This document shows, one piece after another, positions 21,320-30,271 of a stretch of DNA of 55,905 nucleotides. The notes under the pieces were generated by a model. That model saw only the letters and a program-made list of their open reading frames with translations. It made no database searches and was not told the DNA's origin. The stretch's first letter is position 1; the number at the start of each line of letters is the position of its first letter. Location: the NCBI GenBank assembly GCA_964655135.1, contig CAZZKL010000002.1, positions 1 through 55,905 on the forward strand, read 5' to 3'. Made by a program: the position numbers and the translations under genes. This DNA is from an uncultured Roseovarius sp. Its GTDB lineage: Bacteria > Pseudomonadota > Alphaproteobacteria > Rhodobacterales > Rhodobacteraceae.

Positions 21320-21373
21320 TGCAGAATCGGACTAGATGAGGCTCAATCATCGGGCACATGAAGGAGGCTGGTT

Positions 21374-21775
21374 ATGTTGAAAACATTTCTGTCAGGTCTG
21401 GTTTTGCTGGGCATGAGTGCCCCGGGTTTGGCGCAGGATGCAGAGCAGGGACGGGCGATATTTGAGCGCTATTGCACCAGTTGCCACGGGATTGAGGCCA
21501 CCGGGAACGGGCCTATGGTTGCGGTTTTAAGCCTGCAACCTGCCAATCTGACCCGTCTGAGCGCGGAAAATGACGGCGAATTTCCCCTGATCCGGGTGGT
21601 GAAACGCATTGACGGGCGTGATCCGCTGGTCTCGCATGGTAGTCCGATGCCGATCTATGGCGATTTCTTTGAAGACCGCGATGCCACGATGAAAACCGAA
21701 AGCGGTCAGCCGATTATGACAAGTCAGCCGGTGGTTGATCTGGTGGCCTATCTGAAGACATTGCAGGTGAAATGA
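21374..21775 (+). CDS. Periplasmic monoheme c-type cytochrome
   Basis: Signal peptide (GLA-Q), CTSCH heme motif, distal Met candidate in GSPMP; AAGGAGG RBS. Confidence 0.9.
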   Translation: MLKTFLSGLVLLGMSAPGLAQDAEQGRAIFERYCTSCHGIEATGNGPMVAVLSLQPANLTRLSAENDGEFPLIRVVKRIDGRDPLVSHGSPMPIYGDFFEDRDATMKTESGQPIMTSQPVVDLVAYLKTLQVK

Positions 21776-21842
21776 CTGCCCAGATAACCCCGACCTGTTA
21801 GCGATTTTAACACGGCCACCGTGACGGTGGGGTGAATTCTGG

Positions 21843-21857
21843 TTAACCCCTTGTTGA
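21843..21857. promoter_or_regulatory. CtrA-like binding site
   Basis: TTAA-CCCCTTG-TTGA versus consensus TTAA-N7-TTAA (1 mismatch), upstream of the beta-helix gene. Confidence 0.45.
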
Positions 21858-21970
21858 TAATTCCCTGAGCCACCGGGCGCGCCCGGGCTGGCGAAACATG
21901 TGACATCCTTAGCTTGCGAAACGCCCCGCTCGGGGGACTTGGCAAATGAGAGATGCGGAAAGGGAATTGA

Positions 21971-24262
21971 ATGAATACGGCAATCTCAAATGGCAACGCC
22001 TTTATGCCGCCGGCCTTTGAAAGCGGGCTGGATGTGTGGTCAAGCGGTGATGGCACACCAGGCTCTAACACTTACTTAAATGCCACCAACGCGGCCTTTA
22101 TTCTGGCGGATCAGGATTTTGGCGGGGCGTTGGAAATTCAAAAAATCGATAACGTGCAGAAGCTTCGCTATATGGGCGATACCCCGATTACCCCGGGCTG
22201 TTACCTGCGCATTACGGCGCGGATCAAAGCGGTAAGCGGTAACTTTCCGGATGTGCGCATTGCCGGTTGGGCGGGCGATGCGGCGGCTGTGCATGTGGTT
22301 GGTCTTACGGAAACCGGGCCGTCGGTGACGTTGACCACTTATGGCCAGGTTGTTGAAATATCCGCGATTGTCGGGATTGGCCTGCGCCCCGGCGTTGACA
22401 TGGTTTGGGGGCCGGTGCCCACATTTGGCCATTTCGGGCTTGACCTGACCGGGCCAAGCGGCGGGATTGTCCGGATTGACGATATTGTCATCGAAGATGT
22501 CAGTCAGCTTTTCCTGCGCGATATTGTGGGTGCGGTGGATGTGCGTGATTATGGCGCATTGGGTGATGGTGTCACGGATGATTTTGCGGCTTTTGAAGCG
22601 GCGGATGCGGCGGCGGCAGGCCGCGAGGTTTTTGTCTCGGCGGGCACATATTTTTTGGGCGACAGCACCACCATTCAAAGCCGGATCAGGTTTGAGGGCA
22701 CGGTTGTGATGCCCGACAGCAAAATCCTTGCGCTGACGAAGAATTACGATCTTCCGGCATATGTTGATGCCTTTGGCAATGAGGAGCTGGCCTTTAAGAA
22801 AGCGTTTCAGGCGCTGCTTAACAATGCCGATCATGACTCGCTTGATATGGGGGGGCTGCGGATTGGGCTGACACAGCCGATTGATATGCAGGCAGCCGTT
22901 AATAACAAAAATATCTATGCCCAGCGCCGTATCATCCGCAATGGACAAATCGCCGTCATTCCGGGGGCGGCTTGGGATACCGATGTGGTAACCTCACAGG
23001 CCACATATACCACGACCAATCCCTTGCGCTTGACCGGTGTGGTTAATGTGGCGACGATAGCGGTTGGATCATTGGTTGAGGGCAATGGTGTGGGCCGTGA
23101 GGTCTATGTCAGGGGCGTTAATGTTGGCACCCAGGAGATTACCCTGAGCCAGCCCTTGTTTGACGCGGCGGGCACGCAGGTTTTTACCTTCAAGCGGTTC
23201 AAATACCTGCTTGATTTCAGTGGCTTTGTGAAACTGTCAAAATTTCAGATGTCGGATATTGAATTCCAATGTTCCGGCCAATGCAGCGCCATATTGCTTT
23301 CGCCAGACGGGCTTACCTATCATTTCCGCGATTGCTTTTTTACCCGGCCCAAAGACCGTGGCATTTCCAGCCCCGGCAATGGCGATCAGGGCATGTTGAT
23401 TGACCGCTGTCAGTTTATATCGGATGAAAGCGCGATTGCGGCGTCGGCGCGGGTGTCCATCGCGTTCAACACCAATGGCAATGACGTCAAGATACGCAAT
23501 AACCGGGCCTTGCATTTTAGGCATTTTGCGGTGATTGCCGGGTCAAGCTCGATCATTCTGGGCAACCATGTGTTTCAGGGCGATAGTGGTGCAATCGGGC
23601 CACGCCTCGCGGGCTTTATCCTGACTGCGAACAATAATCGTGCCACCATTACCGGCAATTACATCTGCGATTGCTCGGTGGAATGGTCAAATGAACATAC
23701 CGAAAGCCCGGCTTTTACCACTGGTTTCTCGTTCAGTTCGCTCAGCATCACCAGCAATGTGTTTCTGTCTCAAAGCACGGTGGCCTGGTTTACCTTTATT
23801 TCCGTCAAGCCGCATGGCGCCGGACATTTCATCAACGGGCTGACGGTTACGGGCAACACATTCCGCCTGATTGGCGGCAATATCGACCGGGTGGAAGGCG
23901 TGGATACCAGCTTTGCCGATCTTAATTACTTCCGGTTCAGGAATATCGCCTTCAATGATAACGCCTTCAACAATGTCAACGTTGAGACGTCTACCCCGCT
24001 GGTATTTACCCATACCGAGGCCATCCCGGCCGCAACATGGGTGATATCGCCTGCGCCGCAACTGCCGTTTGGGGCCTTCGCGCGGACGGTTGAATCTGTC
24101 ATCGCTTCGGGGCCGGTTACCGATGCGGGCGGGGCGACGCATTTCGGCGCGCCCTATTACGAGGCCGAGCAGGGCATCAATAAAGATCAGATAAACCTGC
24201 AATGGGGAACGCCGGTTTCCGGCACGGTCAAAGTGACGGTTCGGATTGATACCCCGCTCTGA
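21971..24262 (+). CDS. Right-handed beta-helix protein (pectate-lyase-3/GH28-related, tailspike-like), 763 aa
   Basis: VDVRDYGALGDGVTDD motif at about residue 190; Asn ladder IRNN, ILGNH, ITGNY, ITSNV, VTGNT, FNDNA; no signal peptide. Confidence 0.85.
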   Translation: MNTAISNGNAFMPPAFESGLDVWSSGDGTPGSNTYLNATNAAFILADQDFGGALEIQKIDNVQKLRYMGDTPITPGCYLRITARIKAVSGNFPDVRIAGWAGDAAAVHVVGLTETGPSVTLTTYGQVVEISAIVGIGLRPGVDMVWGPVPTFGHFGLDLTGPSGGIVRIDDIVIEDVSQLFLRDIVGAVDVRDYGALGDGVTDDFAAFEAADAAAAGREVFVSAGTYFLGDSTTIQSRIRFEGTVVMPDSKILALTKNYDLPAYVDAFGNEELAFKKAFQALLNNADHDSLDMGGLRIGLTQPIDMQAAVNNKNIYAQRRIIRNGQIAVIPGAAWDTDVVTSQATYTTTNPLRLTGVVNVATIAVGSLVEGNGVGREVYVRGVNVGTQEITLSQPLFDAAGTQVFTFKRFKYLLDFSGFVKLSKFQMSDIEFQCSGQCSAILLSPDGLTYHFRDCFFTRPKDRGISSPGNGDQGMLIDRCQFISDESAIAASARVSIAFNTNGNDVKIRNNRALHFRHFAVIAGSSSIILGNHVFQGDSGAIGPRLAGFILTANNNRATITGNYICDCSVEWSNEHTESPAFTTGFSFSSLSITSNVFLSQSTVAWFTFISVKPHGAGHFINGLTVTGNTFRLIGGNIDRVEGVDTSFADLNYFRFRNIAFNDNAFNNVNVETSTPLVFTHTEAIPAATWVISPAPQLPFGAFARTVESVIASGPVTDAGGATHFGAPYYEAEQGINKDQINLQWGTPVSGTVKVTVRIDTPL

Positions 24263-24284
24263 GTCTGGCGCTTTCCAGACAGGG

Positions 24285-24935
24285 TTAAAACTCGAACCAA
24301 CTGCCTATTTTCAGGCCAAGGCCTGAGACGCCTTTGATCCCGGCCGTTACACCAAATTCGGTGTGACGGCCGGGTTTTCGCTCAAATACCAGCGAGGGGG
24401 CAAGGCGGACATAGCTGGTATCATGTGCCGCTATGCCGGTTTGCAACTGCAGTATCAGTTTCAGCCGCTTGGTGGCCGACAGGCCAATGGTCAGGTCTGA
24501 TTCAAACTGTATGTCACTGAAGCCCTCGAATATTACGATTCTGGAATCGGCTGTCATCCAGCCGTTTCGCTTGCCCAGTGTATAACCACGGCCAATCGAC
24601 AGGCCAGGGCGCAGGGCTTTATCCCCATTCACAAATCCAAGGCCGATTTCTGCGGCCAGCTTGGTTTCTTTCGCGGCGTCAGTCAGGGGCCGGCGTAAGA
24701 AAATCACCGCCTTGGAGCTGCGTCTGCCATCGCTGCCCAGGTCCACCCCAAATGTGAGTTTCTCGGTGATGCCGTATTCGCCATAGAGCGTTGAAAAGGT
24801 GGCGATTGTGCCGGTGGTCTCATCGATCTCAGACACCCCGCCAACGGATAAAAACACATGCCCTTTTTCACGCGGCCACGGCCCCGCCTGTGCCTGTGAC
24901 GCCAGCAACAAAAACATTAATAAAATAGCCCGCAT
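24285..24935 (-). CDS. Hypothetical exported protein, probable outer-membrane beta-barrel
   Basis: Signal peptide AQA-G, amphipathic beta-strand pattern, C-terminal GLKIGSWFEF ending in Phe; ATG at 24935. Confidence 0.75.
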   Translation of the reverse strand: MRAILLMFLLLASQAQAGPWPREKGHVFLSVGGVSEIDETTGTIATFSTLYGEYGITEKLTFGVDLGSDGRRSSKAVIFLRRPLTDAAKETKLAAEIGLGFVNGDKALRPGLSIGRGYTLGKRNGWMTADSRIVIFEGFSDIQFESDLTIGLSATKRLKLILQLQTGIAAHDTSYVRLAPSLVFERKPGRHTEFGVTAGIKGVSGLGLKIGSWFEF

Positions 24936-24948
24936 GTAACCCTCCGCG

Positions 24949-24983
24949 TTAACCATGATTAAAATTGGTAAACCGTTGGTTAA
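24949..24983. promoter_or_regulatory. CtrA-like sites (TTAACCAT half-site plus TAAA-N7-TTAA)
   Basis: TTAACCAT at 24949-24956 and TAAA-CCGTTGG-TTAA at 24969-24983, just upstream of the barrel gene. Confidence 0.45.
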
Positions 24984-25096
24984 AGCGTTTCGATTTATTT
25001 TTGGGTCACAACAATATGACGAAACGCCCATGACCGTTATATGTTGTTCGCGTTTCGAGATTTAGTCGTGATTCAACTTAATCTCGAAACGCTTTA
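24981..25096 (-). repeat. 116-bp double-hairpin intergenic repeat with a GANTC site (CIR-like/MITE-like), copy 1
   Basis: Ends TAAAGCGTTTC...GAAACGCTTTA; two internal hairpins; 13-bp perfect stem GCGTTTCGAGATT/AATCTCGAAACGC with GATTC (25070-25074) in the loop. Confidence 0.75.
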
Positions 25097-25159
25097 AGGT
25101 TTGGAAAAATTTGCTGTTCGGGGTTTTACTGATAAGTTGGGTGAAAAGGGAGGATCACC

Positions 25160-25480
25160 ATGCCTGTTATAACCAAATCCGATGAAATCCAGACCGTTAT
25201 CACGACATTCGAGATGACCCCGGGCACCTGCGAGGATCTGCTTGAATTGCTAACCTCTGCCTATGAGGAGTTCATCTCAAAGCAGCCCGGTTTTATCGCG
25301 GCGGGGCTGCATGTGAATGATGCCCGGACCCGGATCGCCAATTATTCCCAATGGCACCGGCGCGAGGATTTTCAGGCGATGCTGCGCACATCTGAGATGC
25401 GAACCCGCAACCGCCGGATCCATGAGCTTTGCAAAAGTTTTGAACCGGTGATGTATGAGGTGGCGGCTGTGTTCGGCTGA
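25160..25480 (+). CDS. Antibiotic biosynthesis monooxygenase (ABM) family protein
   Basis: 106 aa; QPGFIAAGLH and ANYSQW pattern; GGAGG RBS. Confidence 0.8.
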   Translation: MPVITKSDEIQTVITTFEMTPGTCEDLLELLTSAYEEFISKQPGFIAAGLHVNDARTRIANYSQWHRREDFQAMLRTSEMRTRNRRIHELCKSFEPVMYEVAAVFG

Positions 25481-25490
25481 TCTGTATCAA
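25477..25490 (+). promoter_or_regulatory. FNR/FnrL-type box
   Basis: CTGAT-CTGT-ATCAA (1 mismatch), 56 nt upstream of the first usp gene. Confidence 0.6.
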
Positions 25491-25546
25491 GGTTGCACAG
25501 GGCGGTAATCGCTATCATGGGGCATCAACTCAGAAGGAGATGACCC

Positions 25547-25954
25547 ATGTATAAGAACATCCTTGTTCCCGTGTCGCTTGATGATGACCGCGATATAAAA
25601 GGGGCCATTGCAGTGGCCCGCGTGCTTGCCGGTGCGGACGGCAAAATCACTTTACTGCATGTGGTGGAAAGTATTCCGGGCTATGCCATCACCTATCTGT
25701 CGCCGGAATACCTGACGGAACGGCGCAAGGCCGTTGTAACCGAGCTTGAGGCCATGGCGGCCAATATCCCAAATGGCAGTGGTGAGGTTGTGACCGGTCA
25801 CTCGGGCCGCACAATTCTGGATTGGGCCTTCAAACACGATGTGGATTGCATTGTGATCGCCAGCCACCGTCCGGGGATGCAGGACCTGCTGCTTGGCTCA
25901 ACCGCCTCGCAGGTGGTGCGCCACGCGACTTGCGCGGTGCATGTGATCCGGTAG
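25547..25954 (+). CDS. Universal stress protein (copy 1)
   Basis: MYKNILVP, ITLLHV, LLLGSTASQVVRHATCAVHVIR. Confidence 0.92.
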   Translation: MYKNILVPVSLDDDRDIKGAIAVARVLAGADGKITLLHVVESIPGYAITYLSPEYLTERRKAVVTELEAMAANIPNGSGEVVTGHSGRTILDWAFKHDVDCIVIASHRPGMQDLLLGSTASQVVRHATCAVHVIR

Positions 25955-25988
25955 ATGGATCAGGTGCAAACCAAAAAGGAGATATGCG

Positions 25989-26396
25989 ATGTATAAAAAT
26001 ATCTTAGTCCCCATATCATTCGACAACGACCGCGATGCAGCCGGGGCGATAGATGTGGCCAAGGTGTTGGCCGATGCCGACGGCACCATCACCTTGCTGC
26101 ATGTGATCGAGAATGTCCCCAGTTTTGTACTAACCTCTATACCGTCCGGGTTATTGGCCAAAAGGCGAAAAGAAGCCCAGATTGAGCTTGATGCCATGGC
26201 GGCGGACCTGCCCAATGGGGCCAGTATTGTCACCAACGGCCATTCCGGCCGCACGGTATTGGATTGGGCGGCGGATAAGGGCGTTGACTGCATTATCATC
26301 GCCAGCCACCGCCCCGGATTGGAAGACCTGCTGCTTGGCTCAACCGCCACACAGGTCGTGCGCCATGCGAATTGCGCGGTGCATGTGGTCCGGTGA
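25989..26396 (+). CDS. Universal stress protein (copy 2)
   Basis: Same length and motifs as copy 1; own AAGGAG RBS. Confidence 0.92.
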   Translation: MYKNILVPISFDNDRDAAGAIDVAKVLADADGTITLLHVIENVPSFVLTSIPSGLLAKRRKEAQIELDAMAADLPNGASIVTNGHSGRTVLDWAADKGVDCIIIASHRPGLEDLLLGSTATQVVRHANCAVHVVR

Positions 26397-26404
26397 TGGA
26401 ATTT

Positions 26405-26470
26405 GTAGGGTGGGTGAAACCCACCGCCCCGTCAGGTTAATGATTGGGGGGTGGGTTTCACCCACCCTAC
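26405..26470. repeat. Inverted GTAG-REP doublet (REPIN), copy 1
   Basis: GTAGGGTGGGTGAAACCCACC (26405-26425) and its exact reverse complement (26450-26470). Confidence 0.9.
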
Positions 26471-28656
26471 GATTTGCCCCGCCGTCTTGCCTTGCCGCCC
26501 CGTTGCCCCGGTCGCCCGCCGGTTGAGCGACCGCCACTTTCGCTTGCGGCCTCAATCGCCGATTGCCGGGCCAGGGGATCGTCAGAAATTGCCAAATCAA
26601 CCGCCTCAAGGCGTTTGACCTCATCACGCAGGCGCGCGGCCTCTTCGAATTCGAGGTTTTCGGCGGCCTTGAGCATGTCGGCCCGCAGCCCGTCAAGATG
26701 GGTCAGCAGGTTGGCCCCCATCAGGGGTTTGTCAATCTTTGCCGTTACCCGCGACTGATCGGTGTCACCTTTGTAAAGCCCTTTGAGAATGTCCTCGACA
26801 TTCTTTTTCACCGTCGTCGGCGTAATCGCGTGCTCAACATTATACGCCTCTTGCTTGGCGCGGCGGCGGTTGGTTTCATCCAACGCCCGCTGCATCGAGC
26901 CGGTGATTTTATCGGCATACATGATCACCCGCCCCTCGACATTGCGCGCGGCCCGTCCGATGGTTTGGATCAATGAGGTTTCCGAGCGCAAAAACCCCTC
27001 CTTGTCGGCGTCCAAAATCGCCACCAACCCGCATTCGGGAATATCCAACCCCTCGCGCAAAAGGTTAATGCCGACCAGCACATCAAACGCCCCAAGGCGC
27101 AGATCGCGCAGGATCTCAATCCGCTCAATCGTGTCAATATCGGAATGCATGTAACGCACCCGAATGCCCTGTTCGTGCAGATATTCGGTCAGGTCCTCGG
27201 CCATGCGTTTGGTCAGCGTCGTCACCAGCGTTCTGAATCCCTGATCCGCCATGCGCCGGACCTCATCCAGCAGATCATCGACCTGAGTGGTCACCGGCCT
27301 GATCTCAATCGCCGGGTCCAATAATCCAGTGGGGCGGATCACCTGTTCGGTAAACACCCCGCCGGTTTGCTCCATCTCCCACCACGCGGGCGTGGCCGAG
27401 ACAAACACCGATTGCGGCCGCATCGCGTCCCATTCCTCAAACTTCAACGGCCGGTTATCCATGCATGACGGCAGGCGAAAGCCGTGCTCGGCCAGGGTGG
27501 ATTTACGCCGGAAATCGCCCTTGTACATGCCGCCGATTTGCGGCACCGAGACGTGCGATTCATCGGCAAAAACAATGGCATTGTCGGGGATGAACTCAAA
27601 CAGGGTGGGCGGCGGCTCACCCGGTTGACGACCGGTAAGGTAGCGCGAATAATTCTCAATCCCTGCACAAACGCCGGTGGCCTCCAGCATCTCAAGGTCA
27701 AAATTACAGCGCTGCTCCAGCCGTTGCGCCTCCAGCAGCTTCCCCTCATTCACAAACTGATCCAGCCGTATCCGCAGCTCTTTCTTGATGCCGATAATGG
27801 CCTGCTGCATGGTCGGTTTCGGCGTCACATAATGCGAATTGGCATAGACGCGGATTTGTTCAAACGTGTCGGTTTTTTCGCCAGTCAGCGGATCAAATTC
27901 GGTGATCGCCTCCAATTCCTCGCCAAAAAAGCTTAGCCGCCAAGCGCGGTCTTCCAAATGTGCCGGGAAAATCTCAAGACTATCACCGCGCACCCTAAAT
28001 GAGCCACGGGTAAAGGCCTGATCATTGCGGCGGTATTGCTGTGCCACCAGATCGGCCATCACCTTGCGCTGATTATATTCTTCACCAACGCGCAAATCCT
28101 GGGTCATCGCGCCGTAGGTTTCAACGCTGCCGATGCCGTAGATGCACGATACAGACGCCACGATGATCACATCATCACGCTCCAAAAGCGACCGCGTCGC
28201 GGAATGCCGCATCCGGTCGATCTGCTCATTGATCTGGGATTCCTTTTCAATGAACGTGTCCGAGCGCGCCACATAGGCCTCGGGTTGGTAATAATCATAG
28301 TAGGAAACGAAATATTCCACAGCGTTATGGGGAAAAAACCCTTTGAATTCCCCGTAAAGTTGCGCCGCGAGGGTTTTGTTCGGGGCCAGAATGATCGCCG
28401 GGCGCTGGGTTTGCTCAATCACCTTGGCCATGGTGTAGGTCTTGCCGGTGCCGGTGGCGCCCAGCAAAACCTGATCCTGCTCACCCTGATCAAGGCCTTG
28501 CGCAAGCTCGGCAATGGCGGTGGGCTGATCACCTGCGGGCTGAAACGGCGTCTCCAATACAAATTTCCGCCCGCCTTCCAGCTTGAGGCGCGCGCGTATA
28601 TCCGCGCCGGGCTGTTTTTCCCCGGCGGTGGACTTATCGGAATGGGCGTAAGGCAT
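26467..28656 (-). CDS. uvrB: Excinuclease ABC subunit B
   Basis: [43 protein letters not shown]. Confidence 0.97.
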   Translation of the reverse strand: MPYAHSDKSTAGEKQPGADIRARLKLEGGRKFVLETPFQPAGDQPTAIAELAQGLDQGEQDQVLLGATGTGKTYTMAKVIEQTQRPAIILAPNKTLAAQLYGEFKGFFPHNAVEYFVSYYDYYQPEAYVARSDTFIEKESQINEQIDRMRHSATRSLLERDDVIIVASVSCIYGIGSVETYGAMTQDLRVGEEYNQRKVMADLVAQQYRRNDQAFTRGSFRVRGDSLEIFPAHLEDRAWRLSFFGEELEAITEFDPLTGEKTDTFEQIRVYANSHYVTPKPTMQQAIIGIKKELRIRLDQFVNEGKLLEAQRLEQRCNFDLEMLEATGVCAGIENYSRYLTGRQPGEPPPTLFEFIPDNAIVFADESHVSVPQIGGMYKGDFRRKSTLAEHGFRLPSCMDNRPLKFEEWDAMRPQSVFVSATPAWWEMEQTGGVFTEQVIRPTGLLDPAIEIRPVTTQVDDLLDEVRRMADQGFRTLVTTLTKRMAEDLTEYLHEQGIRVRYMHSDIDTIERIEILRDLRLGAFDVLVGINLLREGLDIPECGLVAILDADKEGFLRSETSLIQTIGRAARNVEGRVIMYADKITGSMQRALDETNRRRAKQEAYNVEHAITPTTVKKNVEDILKGLYKGDTDQSRVTAKIDKPLMGANLLTHLDGLRADMLKAAENLEFEEAARLRDEVKRLEAVDLAISDDPLARQSAIEAASESGGRSTGGRPGQRGGKARRRGKS

Positions 28657-28840
28657 TAAAAACCATCCTTTTCATCACCGCCACATTTGATCTGTTTTGC
28701 CGGTAATTCAAGCCCTGCCATCGGCTTTGACGCGGCAAATCCCGGCTACTGACAGGTTTTGACCAAATGCAATCAAAATGCCCGCTTGCCGTGGCCTTTG
28801 GTTTTTGGGATAACCCTAGCAACAAATCAGGAGTTCCGCC

Positions 28841-29152
28841 ATGTCAGCACGCATTTACCAGCCCGCCCGAAACGCCATGCAATCGGGCGTTGGGAAATCC
28901 AAACAGTGGGTTTTGGAATATGCCTCGGACAAAGCGCGCGGGATTGATCCGCTGATGGGGTGGACATCCTCGTCGGACACACAAACTCAGGTCAAGCTGC
29001 GGTTTCCGACCAAAGAGGCAGCACTTGATTATGCCAAAGAGCACGGCATCAACGCGGTTGTGCAAGAGCCGCACAAGCGCAAACCCAACATTCGCGCTGG
29101 CGGCTACGGCGAAAACTTTGCCACCAACCGGCGCGGGACGTGGACCCACTAA
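28841..29152 (+). CDS. ETC complex I subunit (NDUFS4-like) protein
   Basis: [30 protein letters not shown]. Confidence 0.9.
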   Translation: MSARIYQPARNAMQSGVGKSKQWVLEYASDKARGIDPLMGWTSSSDTQTQVKLRFPTKEAALDYAKEHGINAVVQEPHKRKPNIRAGGYGENFATNRRGTWTH

Positions 29153-29177
29153 AAACCCCTGATAAATGCAAAATTTG

Positions 29178-29191
29178 TTGATTGGTGTCAA
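29178..29191 (+). promoter_or_regulatory. FNR/FnrL-type box
   Basis: TTGAT-TGGT-GTCAA (1 mismatch), 55 nt upstream of ppk2. Confidence 0.6.
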
Positions 29192-29246
29192 AGCGGCACC
29201 AGCGGATTTGTGGCAGGGTCTTTCCCGGACAATATAGGAGACGCCC

Positions 29247-30155
29247 ATGACACGACCAACCGCCAAGCCTGAAACTGAAACCGCGCCAACCCCGGCATCA
29301 CCGCCGGTTGCAAGCCATCGTCAGGCGTTTGAAAACGGCAAATACCCCTACAAAGACAAACTGAAGAAAAGCGAATATGAGCGTCGTAAGGCCTTGATTC
29401 AAGCCGAGCTTTTGAAGGTTCAGCATTGGGCACAGGAAACCGGACAGAAATTTGTGTTACTGTTTGAGGGCCGCGATGCAGCGGGCAAAGGCGGCACCAT
29501 CAAGCGCTTTACCGAGCACCTAAATCCCCGGCAGGCGCGGGTTGTGGCGCTGAATAAACCCACCGACGAAGAGCGCGGCCAATGGTTTTTCCAGCGCTAT
29601 ATCGCGCATCTGCCCACCCGGGGCGAAATCGTGTTTTATGACCGCTCGTGGTACAATCGCGCCGGGGTTGAGCGGGTGATGGGGTTTTGTGACCCCTCGG
29701 AATATCTTGAGTTCATGCGCCAAACGCCTGAATTGGAGCGGATGCTGGTGCGCTCGGGCATTCAGCTTTATAAATACTGGTTTTCGGTCACTCAGGACGA
29801 GCAAAAACGCCGCTTTGACAGCCGTTCGGATGATCCGCTGAAACAGTGGAAGCTCAGCCCGATTGACAAGCAAAGCCTTGATAAATGGCCCGATTATACC
29901 GAGGCGAAAGAGGCGATGTTTTTCTATACCGATACGGCGGATGCGCCTTGGACGGTGGTTAAATCCAATGACAAAAAACGCGCCCGGATTAACTGTATGC
30001 TGCATTTTCTGAGCACATTGGATTACCCCGGTAAAGACCCCGAAATTGCCACGCCCCCTGATCCGCTGATCGTCAGCACCGCGCAAAACGTGTTGCACGG
30101 GTCCGAGCATATTCTGGGTAAATCCCTGCATCCTGACAATCGCAAGAAACGCTAG
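29247..30155 (+). CDS. ppk2: Polyphosphate kinase 2
   Basis: FEGRDAAGKGG, YDRSWYNRAGVERVMGF, WKLSPID. Confidence 0.95.
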   Translation: MTRPTAKPETETAPTPASPPVASHRQAFENGKYPYKDKLKKSEYERRKALIQAELLKVQHWAQETGQKFVLLFEGRDAAGKGGTIKRFTEHLNPRQARVVALNKPTDEERGQWFFQRYIAHLPTRGEIVFYDRSWYNRAGVERVMGFCDPSEYLEFMRQTPELERMLVRSGIQLYKYWFSVTQDEQKRRFDSRSDDPLKQWKLSPIDKQSLDKWPDYTEAKEAMFFYTDTADAPWTVVKSNDKKRARINCMLHFLSTLDYPGKDPEIATPPDPLIVSTAQNVLHGSEHILGKSLHPDNRKKR

Positions 30156-30271
30156 GAAAAACCCATGGCTGCGGCGCATAGCGGCCTGCCAAAACTGGTG
30201 GTGGTCAAATCCACACTTCCCCTATAGAGGTGCGCTTCGCACGCGAAACAACATCTCTATAGGACACCCCC

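Noticed and set aside
22076-22948. Long antisense ORFs (this one, 5669-6466, 17289-18086, 50183-51088 and others)
   Set aside because: Expected shadows of real genes in GC-rich DNA; no recognisable motifs.
28657-28840. LexA box upstream of uvrB
   Set aside because: No GTTC-N7-GTTC or GAAC-N7-GAAC match found.
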